Positions 1-10,750 of a stretch of 64,000 nucleotides of DNA are shown piece by piece. A program made the position numbers and the translations under genes. How positions within the stretch are numbered: the first letter of the stretch is position 1; each line of letters starts with the position of its first letter. The stretch is from Chrysomallon squamiferum (lineage: Eukaryota; Animalia; Mollusca), in the NCBI GenBank assembly GCA_012295275.1, contig CM022671.1, positions 9,858,001 through 9,922,000 on the forward strand. The letters are read 5' to 3'. A model generated the notes under the pieces. It searched no databases. It was not told the DNA's origin and was given only the letters and a program-made list of their open reading frames with translations.

Positions 1-1659
1 GAGAATACAAGAAATTAAAAATGGAAGAAAAAGGACATTATCAAAACTTGTGACCTGAGATTCATTGATTCATTTCTGTATGGCTCTGTAAGTGAACAAA
101 TATATTTTTTGTTAGAACAGTAATTTTATAATATTAGTATTGTTACATTAGTTATGATGTAGCAGCTTTACTTCTTGTTTACCATTCTTTTGAGTCTTCA
201 GAATCCCACTTGAATTTCCTTAGATGAATATGTGGAGTCATGTCTTTAATTCTATTCATGGTTTTTAATCTCTGGAAATCCAAAAAATATTTTTCCTATT
301 TTGTCCTTTTTATTATTTTATTTTATTTTATTTTTTGACATGATGCATTCAGTTTATCATACATAAAGTTACATTTTTTTCATAAATCCACCAGTCACAA
401 GAATAGTTTTTTCAAGTGGGTTTTCATTTTGCTTAATTCTACTACAATATAATAATAATAATTATTGATCTAATGGAAAACTGTCAGTTAATGTACAGCT
501 GACAAGTTACTAAAAGTTAAGTTGTAAATCTGTGCAAGTTCTCTTTTAAACAGTGTTTTTTTAGTTGATATTAATCAAAGGTCATGGATTTTGCTGTTCT
601 GATTACAGTAAAATGTCCTAGCAGATCAGTTACAGCTATTAATAATCAAACAAGCAAACACATCCACATACATTTGAATACTAAAAAAAGTCTTTAAAGA
701 GAAAAATCCTTTTATTAAAACAATTTTAAAAATTAAGAATATTAAATGTAGTTTTTGACATAAACTGCTTTGATCTTAATTTAATTACCATAGTTATTAT
801 AAATGTTGTTTTAATCACAAATCTTTTAACATTTTATTTATTTTTAGTTATACTTTTAAAACTATGATTATGTTTTGAATTATATTGTTAAATTAAAATA
901 AAAAATATTAATAAAAAATGCTTAAAATATGTGTCTTTCCATATGGAAGACATTAGTACAGAAATAACTTTTCAATTATAACATTTAATTCTTTTTTAAA
1001 TTATTAACTTTGAATGATTAAAAAATAAAGACACTTTATTTTAAATTTATTTTCAAAAACATGAATGGATATTATTTATTTTTATTTTTATTTTTTAAAA
1101 TTAAAAAAAAAAATGTTCTCTTTTATTTTTAACTTTTTATCACCTGAATGTTTGTGTAAGCTCACACTGTTTTTTCACCTGGAACTGTCAGTCTGAAAGC
1201 CATTGTGTCAGAATACAGACTGATCTAAGGGTTCCTTACCCTGGATGATAGCCAATGGCTAATCAAGTATTTGACATTTAGCTTAGACACCTCTATTACA
1301 TTTAATATTCTTGAGGGTCTTGCATCGGAATGATATTTTAAATGTTATTTTTATTTATTTTATTTATTTTTCTCTAAACATTATTTTATTTATTAATTTA
1401 ATTTTTCATCAGATATTTACTTGTCTATTTTAATTCTGTGTCCTGGGATTCCAGTAAATGGCCCCTATTGATTTCCCAGAACATAGTTTGAAATAGCTTA
1501 AATAATCATAAAGATTATAATATCCCATTGATTAAAGTAAAGAAATATCTGATATGAGAGATACTTTATGGTTTCATAATTTCTAGCACCAAACATCAGG
1601 AATAACCAGTTTAATCACTGCAAAACATTGGTCTTAGTGAAACATAGGAATAACCAATA

Positions 1660-2381
1660 CAGTGGTGTATCCAGAAATAAAATAAGGGTTGGTGGTGGCT
1701 GGATTGGCCAAAGATGCACATATTTTGCCAAGTTGTGATTTAAAGTAAAAATTGAACATTTTTCTCTTTCTAATGAATGCTGATAATGTTAGATCAGTTA
1801 GATTGTCACAAACACTTTGGGTGATGTGTATGCACCAATAATAGGTAGCAAAGTCAGTATGTTAACATGATTTATGTGGCAAAAGTAATAAAAGAAGAAT
1901 AAAAGAGAACAGGAGCTGCAGGTGATTCATTAATTAGTCAAGCAGTAAGGACTGAGCATGTGGTGTGGTGCAAAGCCACAAAACTGGTTTCGATGCATGT
2001 GTCATATCCAAGAAATGTAGGCAGATAGATACTATTTCTCACCTGAAATATCACAGGCTTCTTTTCATTGTACTTTCAGCTATGAAGAGTGCATTATGCA
2101 CCAGGTTTCCAGCAGTTGTAATTAAAATACAACCAATTTCAGTTGGAAAATATGATGTCAATAAGTTGTTTTGTGTTGTACATTGGCAACACTGTTATGG
2201 TTAAGATGAAATTATTAAATGTCACAGATACATATAACTTACAGGTGTCTGTGACATAATCTTTAATGTATTTTGAGTGTTTTGTTAATTTTGTAAAATT
2301 ATATTTGGATTGAACATTAAAAAGAAAAAGAAAAGAAAAAAAAGAAAAGAAGCAAATTCACCTCCACTGGATCAGCCACTG
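1660..2381. mobile_element. Non-autonomous DNA transposon (MITE-like), about 720 bp, with 15-bp imperfect TIRs
   Basis: Left end CAGTGGTGTATCCAG (1660-1674). Right end CTGGATCAGCCACTG (2367-2381), whose reverse complement is CAGTGGCTGATCCAG. TA flanks both ends. No internal coding capacity. Confidence 0.6.
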
Positions 2382-2904
2382 TAATTTATTCTATTTCATT
2401 AAATGTTGTAGTGGTGTCAAACTGTATAATAACCAGTTTATATCAAAGTGTCAAGCTTACCTCGCTCTGTCATTTTGGCCTATGTCAAATTCATCTTTGA
2501 TTCATGTTGTCAAAAAAATTAAATTATTATAACATTTGTAAACCCGACTTTGCAGTTTTCTTCAGCATTGGCAACAGCTGTACATTTTCCTCCACAGTGC
2601 ATGCTCAAAGCACTTTACAAAGAAGAAAACATAGACCTTAAAAAATTGACTGATTATGAATTATATTGTAATAGTACTTACAAAAGTTTATTACAGTATA
2701 TGGTTATTTGAGTATAAATGGAGCAAAAGTTGAAATAAATATAAGAAGTGACTTTTGAAAAGTCATCTTTAGAGAACCTGGTTTAATGTGCGACTTCACA
2801 AAGCAAAGAGCAAACTGTTTCAGAAGTCTTCTTCAGAGTATTACAGTTTTTACCAGGTTTTTTCTCAACAGGTTGTCAGACCTTCAGATAGCCATTTCAA
2901 TCAC

Positions 2905-4435
2905 TGTGATACCCATATTTATTGATGTCAGACATACATACATGTCCGCTGTCGTTGTAATGATAAAACACTACCAATACCGTTATTTGTTATCAGACAT
3001 CCACTACATGTATGCTGTTGTTGTAGTGTTAAAACACTAGTGATACCATTATTCAGACATCCTCTACATGTCTGCTGTTGTTATAGTGGTAAAACACTAG
3101 GGATACCCATTTTTATTGTTGTCTAACCTGTACTGCATGTCTGATGTTGTTGTAGTGGTAAAACCCTAGTTGTATCCATATTTATTGTTGTCAGATATCC
3201 ACTAGATGTCTGATGTTGTTGTAGTGGGAAAACACTAGGGATACCATATTTATTGTTGTTAGATATCTACTACATGTTTGATGTTGTAGTGGTAAAACAC
3301 TAGGGATACCCATTTTTATTGTTGCAGACCTGTGCAACATATCTAATGTTTCTGTAGTGGTAAACCACTGGGGATGCACATATTTATTGTTGTCAGACCT
3401 ACACTACATTTCTGCTGTTGTTGTAGTGGTAAAACACTAGGGATACCCATTTTTATTGTTGTCAGACATGATCTACATGTCTGGTTTTGTTGTAGTGTTA
3501 AAACACTAATGATACCCATATTTATTGTGAGACATCCATTACATGTCTGCTATTGTTGTAGTGTTAAAACATTACGGATACCATATTTTTTGTTGTGAGA
3601 CATCCTCTACATGTCTGCTGTTGTTGTAGTGGTAAAACACTAGGGATACCATATTTATTGTTGTAACACAGACACTACATTTCTGTTGTTGTTGTAGTGT
3701 TAAAACACTAGGGATACCCATATTTATTGTTGTCAGACATCATCTATGTGTCTGCTGTTGTTGTAGTGGTAAAACACTGGGTATACCCTTATTTATTGTT
3801 GTCAGACATAAACTACATGTCTGCTGTTGTTGTTGTTGTAGAGTTAAAACACTACGGGTACCCATATTTATTGTTGTTAGACATCTACTACATGTTTGAT
3901 GTTGTTGTAGTGGTAAAACACTAGGGATACCCATTTTATTGTTGTCAGACATGATCTACATGTCTGGTTTTGTTGTAGTGTTAAAACACTAATGATACCA
4001 TTATTTATTGTTGTGAGACATCCTCTACATGTCTGCTGTTGTTGTAGTGTTAAAACACTAGGGATACCCATATTGTTGAGAGACATTCTCTACATGTCTT
4101 CTGTTGTTGTAGTGGCAAAACCCTTGTTATACCCATATTTATTGTTGTCAGACGTCCACTACAAGTCTGATGTTGTTGTAGTGGTAAAACACTAGGGATA
4201 CCATATTTATTGTTTTCAGACATCCACTACTTGTTTAATCTTGTTGTAGTGGTAAAACACTAGGGATACCATATGTATTGTTGTCAGACATCTTCTACAT
4301 AAAACACAAGGGATCATATTTATTGTTGTCAGACATCTATGCTGTTGTTGTTGTAGTATTAAAGCACTAGGGATACCCATGTTGTTTTGAGACATCGACT
4401 ACATGTCTGCTGTTGTTTTAGTGGTAAAACACTAG
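2905..4435. repeat. Minisatellite, about 68-69-bp unit, about 22-23 copies
   Basis: Consensus approximately GGGATACCCATATTTATTGTTGTCAGACATCCTCTACATGTCTGCTGTTGTTGTAGTGGTAAAACACTA. Unit starts recur near 3101, 3170, 3238, 3303, 3371 and 3441. Confidence 0.95.
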
Positions 4436-4899
4436 AACCAGTTAATGACATAGAGTGGGGGTATATGTATTTCCTTTTTTTTTTTTTCTTCTCAATACTC
4501 TTTCTTTTCTTTTTTCTTTTTGTTCTCCCCATTCATTTCATACACATCATTCCATCTGTTTATCACTGGAACTCAGCAATGTAATTTAATGACATTTTTC
4601 TCAGTCATCTTTGAGCATACATGATCAGGTATTCTCCATGTAATACTTCAACCAACATTCCCAGGCCAAGAACACTGGGTGGGTAGGTCCCATCAGGTGA
4701 GCAGATGTCACATCACCAGTATCACCACCCAGACGTCCTTGTCACTGAAGGACCCACCCACAAGTCATCATACAGTCCTGTGGATGTCCATTTCACTCCT
4801 GGTACCTTGATGCAGGACTGCTGTGTTCCTGATCTCACTGATGTACCCATTGCAGAGTAGGGATCATCTCCACCATCCTGTCTATTGATAGATAGATGT

Positions 4900-5394
4900 C
4901 ATGGTTACTAATATGTCTGTCAGTGTGTATGTGTACTAATTTGTGTGTCAGTGTGTATATGTGTACTATTATGTGTGTCAGTGTGTATATGTTGTCTAAT
5001 GTGTGTTTCAGTGTGTATATGTTGTCCAATATGTATGTCAGTCTGTGTATATGTGTACTATTATGTGTGTCAGTGTGTATATGTTGTCTAATGTGTGTTT
5101 CAGTGTGTATATGTGTTATAATATGTGTGTCAATGTATGAATGTCTATTAATGAGTTGGTGAATGTGTTGACTAATATTTTTTGCAGTGTGTGTGTGTGT
5201 CAGTGTGCATGTACTTATATGTAGTAGTGTGTTGATGTGTGTATACTAATATTTGTTAGTGTTTATACTAATATGTAGAGTAGTTTGTTTGTATATGTGT
5301 ATACTAATGTGTGTGTCAGTGTGTTTATCAAATGCATGTGTGTAATTACTGTGTGTGTGTGTTTTATCTAAAATGTGTGTCAGAAATATTAGTT
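4900..5394. repeat. Degenerate tandem repeat of about 30 bp (GTGTGTCAGTGTGTATATGTGTACTATTAT-like) running into the gap
   Basis: CAGTGTGTATATG recurs about every 30 bp from 4950 to 5110, then decays into TG-rich sequence. Confidence 0.85.
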
Positions 5395-5594
5395 NNNNNN
5401 NNNNNNNNNNNNNNNNNNNNNNNNNNNNNNNNNNNNNNNNNNNNNNNNNNNNNNNNNNNNNNNNNNNNNNNNNNNNNNNNNNNNNNNNNNNNNNNNNNNN
5501 NNNNNNNNNNNNNNNNNNNNNNNNNNNNNNNNNNNNNNNNNNNNNNNNNNNNNNNNNNNNNNNNNNNNNNNNNNNNNNNNNNNNNNNNNNNNNN
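5395..5594. other. Assembly gap of 200 N
   Basis: Run of exactly 200 N, which suggests a fixed-size scaffolding placeholder. Confidence 0.99.
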
Positions 5595-7276
5595 GTATTT
5601 TACAGTTATGAACATCCAATACAAATGGAGGTTTACATCATCAAAGTTTAAAATGATAAATCAAGTGTCTTTGCTGGTTTTGATTCCCATTTTCCACAAT
5701 TGCATTAGCCCGTCATATGGTATTCTACCCATGCACTGTTACGCTGTTGCAGTAGTCAATTAATATGTTCCTTCAGAATATGAAATAAATGATTTCCAAA
5801 AATAAACTGTTTTTTGATCTTTGGCTATGTTTTTTGTTATATGCTTCTATTTAAAAATTTAAACCATTTTGATCTTTAAATATCACACTTGACATAAAAA
5901 TTGTCAATATAATATATATTTCAAATTAACACCAGCCACGAGATAAAAAATATCTTTGATCATTAAACTACTTTGTTTTATTTTCTTCAAAGAAATATAT
6001 GCAATAAATCGAAATATTAAAGGAAAATAGGTTTACTTAACATATGCTTCATGAAATATTCTCATACACTGGTTATACAAGTATTCTGTTCCATCGAAAA
6101 TATTTTAGATATTCCCTGTGATATATGTTGTTTTTCTTGTTTGTTTTAGATTTCCCTCAGAAAGAGGAAAGCGCAAATAAATAAACTGAAAATACGGAAG
6201 GCTAATAAGTATTATAGTAATCTGGGAAATATATAGTCTGACAATTGTAAGAACCAATATAATAGTTTTGGGAGGTACTATTTAGAAAATTTAAATACAT
6301 TAGTAACAACTTTTTCTGATCCAGAAAGCACGTTTCTTAAGTCATAAAATGTAATGAGTTCGTTACAACAGTTCGTTCAAATAGTAATAATGGTTACCTA
6401 ATAGATAGGACATTAATGTCTTTTGAGTTGATAATAGCTTATGCAGATCTTAATAATCCACCACAGCTAAACTTTACCTGATCCCATATCCTGATTTATT
6501 TTCAAAACAAGAATCAGTGAATCCGGTGTTAATAAAATAGTATATAAGAGTTAGGTAATAGTTTAAACTTAATAAACAAAAAAGAATAAATAGGCATTTT
6601 TTGAATCAATACACGTAAATATGCAAAATACAAGAATACTAAATACTAAACTCATATTTTGATAACAGTCACTGTTATCCTCAGTTACGAAAAGAAAAAC
6701 ATGAAATCTTGAAAGTCACAAAAAATAATTACAACTTAAACGTTTTCAGTAAGAATATAATTAATGTAATTATTATTACAATTATTTCTAATAATAAAAC
6801 ACTGGTAATTGCAACCATTGACAATTCCTGCACCTGCACTGTTGCGAACAAATAGAAATGCATTTTTTAACCACTCTGTGCAATAAAGTACGTAATAAAG
6901 AATATATTTAACAATGAACTGATAAACAGTCAATGGCTGGAATCATATAACAAATGGCTATAACAAACAATCCGAAAAAGCACGATTAAGGCATTCGCTG
7001 CTTAATAAACTAAGTTACTGACTGACTGCGTTTATGATCTGCACCAATCAAATTTAAAACCCAAACGTAATGTCGTTATAATATAATTATTATTTAAGAA
7101 ATGTCTTAAATATGTTATCCATGTCATCGGTAGATTTAACAAGCGTAGACAGTAATTATATCGTTGATGTAGTTGTCTATAATATTTTATAGTTATGAAA
7201 ATCCGACAATCAGATCCAATTAACACCAACATGGCACGTGCTGGCAGTGTGAACTGTCTTTCTACAGTTAAACATA

Positions 7277-10200
7277 TCACGGGTAGTATCCAAGGGATTG
7301 CTCAAAGTTTGTATCCGTCTGCGTGTAATGGAAAGGCGGGTCTCTGTGAACATGTAGATTAGTGAACATGGAGGCAATTTCTGCATCTTTCTTTGGTGGG
7401 GTTGTCCACCGTAGTTACCAAAGGTTCTCTACCAGCCATGTCATAAGGCTGTTTTGACATTCTTTCGTTTCCAGGATGGTGCCGAGGAGGTTCGAAACCA
7501 TAGAACTTGGTCGATTCTGGCTGCTACGAATATCAGAGACTCTATTAACGCCGCTGTCGTAGTGTTGTCCCTTTGAACGTCGAAGTCGTCGTTAAACTGT
7601 TCAATATATCTTCGATCTTCATCGTAGTCTTGGGAAAAATTATGCACCCTTGTCGTGTAGTTCTCGTCTCTGTAAATATGCTGTTGTGTGCCGTAATTGG
7701 CTGGCCTGGTCTCATCGGATTCACCATAGCTGAATGGTCTATTTTGATTTTCTTCTTCTTCTCGGTATGATTTCACTTTGGCCTTCATATTCAAATTGTT
7801 GTCGTAGTCATGGTCGTCCTCATCAAACGACGATTTCGGGGACCTCGTCTTCAACTTGACCGCAGAAAAATCTGTTGGAAGTACTTTGACTCCGGTCATC
7901 AAATGCGGAGGCACTTTGGCTACGGGTTTCTGCTGAGGAGCATCATCTACATCAGTCTGCTTCTGACCAGCATTCCAGTTTTCTCTGTTGGACATAGAGA
8001 ACGATGGTCCCCGCGTAGGTTGATGGAAACTACGACCAGAAGGAAGCTGCTGTGAATTGTATGCCGACGTAGGAGATCGACGTGAATCAATATCTCGTGG
8101 TGATTCCATTGGCGAAAGAGGACTCTGTGGTTGCTGGAGCTGAGGACTTTGTGATGAAATTGGCAAGGCTCGATTCAGGTTTTCAAACTTGTGTGGTTTC
8201 TCGGCTACTTTAGGCGGCATCGCTTCGGGATTACGAACCGATTTGCTCAGTCGTCCAGCCTGAAAGTGCTGTCCTCTTTCAATATTTTCGTCTACCATGG
8301 CTCCCCTGTTAGAAGATTCGATCAAACTCCTGTTTAACCTTACCTCTCCACTTCCAGATGACCCTTGTCTGTTTTGGACAATAGCATTCGGCCTGTCATA
8401 GCTGTAACCCTTTCTAGACGACTCATATGTGGACGCTGGCCTTTTCGGTCCCAAAAATTGTTCTTCGTGACCGTACTGCCCATCTTCTCCTCTTTTCCAT
8501 CCTTCGTCCTCTGATGTTGAGCGGCAATAGCCCCAGCCAAACTGATCTTGATTTTCACGACAGGAAATATCAGAGTGTGGACGCATGTTTGGACTTGGAC
8601 CTTCACGAGGTCTGAAATAATCATCTTTGAGGTCAAACTTTGAGCCAGTGTAAACTGTGTACTCTCCGTATTCTGTTCTAATAACATCGTTTCTCTGTCC
8701 ACGGTTGAAGCCACTTTCTAATGGTCTATCGCCGATGTAGTCTATGTCGTATCCTCCACCACATTCCATCTGGTCAATTAAAGAAATCAGTTGCAGAGCA
8801 TCTTCTTCTGTTTCCATAACGAACACGTGGCAGTCCAACGACTTCACTCCCTTGGGCCGCCTCGTGACAAAGGCTAACAGAGGCGGGTGATTGATCTGCT
8901 TGAAAAACTGGTAACTTTTATCAACGGAAAACACACTTTTGTCTTTGTTCGGTGGAACTCTGCTCTTTCAAAAGGCAAGAAAATGGCTCGCATTTTCTTG
9001 TCATTCCCACTAGTAGAGTAAATCTGCACAGCTTCTTTATGCGTTATGTTCCTGAGATCATGAACCACTTCGCCTTTAGATCCATCAACGGGAATCACCG
9101 AAAGCCCATTTGACGTCACTCGAAGAAACACCTTTTTAACACTGGAAGAACCACCGGGCTTCTTGTACTTCAAATACAAGTCTTTGATTGGCTGCTGCAG
9201 AGCTCCTACACCCGTGGTTGGTTTGGACAGCGCGCTGTAGCCGATGCTATCCGCAGTGAATCTCACCCCGTCCATGTCTTGATAGTTAACGATGCTCAGA
9301 CTCTTTCGTCGATCTAAAAACAAAATATAAATATTCTTTGTATTAGGTAAACACAATTATTTCATCACTTTATTTTTTTATCAGTATTAAACAGCCTTTG
9401 TGAAACGAATTTAGCTAATTTTTTTCATTCCTTTAATATTTACTTGTTTTCATTCTTGCATTATAGTTTATTATCATAATAAGCATAACTTATTACTACA
9501 GTCAAAATCTAAAATAGTAATTAATAAAGAATAATAAAACGTAGTTTACATCAAACGTAATATTAATTACAGACTGAACAATGGCACTGATACACAGAAA
9601 GGCTGTCAGATGTATTAACGAAAAAAGTCAATGACTGACATCCGGATTAACTGATGAATCAAAACTATTGGTTGTGTAATAAGTGTGACTGTCGCATATA
9701 TATTTAATATCTCACCTGTTACCTTAACAATGTTTACTCATTGTGATGGTAGGATATTCGGTTTGACAATACATTTTACACGTATTATATAATTATTATT
9801 AATATTACTTTTGTCAGAATGATCTTAGAAAACAAATATACACATAAGCACAATACAACACATGGATACACACACAACATACACACTCGCACACACATTT
9901 CCATTACACTACTTATCATAAACAGCTGTGTATACGCCTAAGGATTTGCAACCAACTGTTCCCAAACATTCGTGTTAATACTTTAAACACTTATTAATTA
10001 ACACCTGCAGAACACTCGTCAACAAAGCTGATTTATGCTTAGGTTACCTGTATTGTGACATTGTTCACCGAAAAATTGTAGGTAACAAAATGATGGTTGT
10101 ATAATCTATAGCCATAGATATGTTAATTGAGATACTTCTGTTTTATTGAGTGTATGAATGTATAAATCTGTACACGTGTGTGCACGCACACCCACTCACA

Positions 10201-10570
10201 CACACATACATCATTATTATTCTTACAGGCATTCTTTCAAATACTGTTTCAAATTCTATTTTATAGCAAAGAAACAGAAAATACACCAGCAAGTATGATG
10301 TATGTAAGTATGCTTCTATATATGTGTGCATACATGTACGTTTGTATGTATGTGTGAGTGTTACTATGTATGTATGTAGATATGTATATGTGAAATCTCT
10401 GTGATAAAATATCACTCAGAAAATCTTTTGAGATTCATTTTAGACTTCATAAAAATAAAATTAAAATAAATAATAAAACATGAAACAATGATGATGATTA
10501 AAATTATGATAACAGTAATCAGAATATTATAGTAATAATAATTCCTACCTTTCCAGAATTTCAGTCTCAT
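7277..10570 (-). CDS. Uncharacterised PTB/PID-domain protein with a long disordered S/P/R/D-rich tail; 2 coding exons (10570-10549, 9313-7277); about 687 aa if five 1-nt deletions are restored
   Basis: Exon 1 ATGAGACTGAAATTCTGGAAAG|gtagga splices in phase to ttttag|ATCGACGA, giving MRLKFWKDRRKSLSIVNYQDMDGVRFTADSIG. PTB-like elements: VFLRVTSNGLSVI, HDLRNITHKEAV, HPPLLAFVTRRPKG, LDCHVFVMETEEDALQLISLI. The track ORFs 8874-9356 and 7441-8934 overlap out of frame. A plausible C-terminus KDAEIASMFTNLHVHRDPPFHYTQTDTNFEQSLGYYP* ends at 7277 in another frame. Confidence 0.8.
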
Positions 10571-10719
10571 TACTAATCAGTGAACTTGTAAAACGTAAAA
10601 CCGAAACTAACTTCTAGCAGACGTCACTAGTTGTGAGAACAGTTTAAAATGAACACTGATAACTGTCCGATTTAAACGAAGCAGAAACACGTCTGTCATC
10701 AACAAGGAGCAGACGACAC

Positions 10720-10750
10720 AACTGAAACCCTCACAGCCGCAAGCATATAA
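10720..10750 (-). promoter_or_regulatory. Candidate TATA + initiator core promoter of the PTB-domain gene
   Basis: Minus-strand TTATAT (10750-10745) lies about 26 nt upstream of an Inr-like TCAGTT (10725-10720), about 150 nt before the ATG at 10570. Confidence 0.5.

Noticed and set aside
1-93. Plus-strand terminal coding fragment (EYKKLKMEEKGHYQNL*) followed by GTAAGT
   Set aside because: Too short and truncated by the window edge to support.
2905-4435. CRISPR-like array or hammerhead-ribozyme satellite
   Set aside because: Units are contiguous with no unique spacers and no cas genes, in a eukaryotic context. The hammerhead cores CTGANGA and GAAA are absent (only CTGATGT and CTGACAA).
2786-5763. 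Many 60-150 aa ORFs
   Set aside because: They are translations of tandem repeats or of the N gap.
7412-7420. Stop-codon readthrough at TAA (ENLW*LRWT) as the route to the YYP terminus
   Set aside because: It still needs the 7570 shift, TAA is the least leaky stop, and the intervening peptide fits the protein's composition worse than the multi-deletion reconstruction.
7545-8714. Alternative-frame and antisense ORFs inside the PTB gene
   Set aside because: Shadow ORFs of a GC-richer coding exon with no independent motifs.
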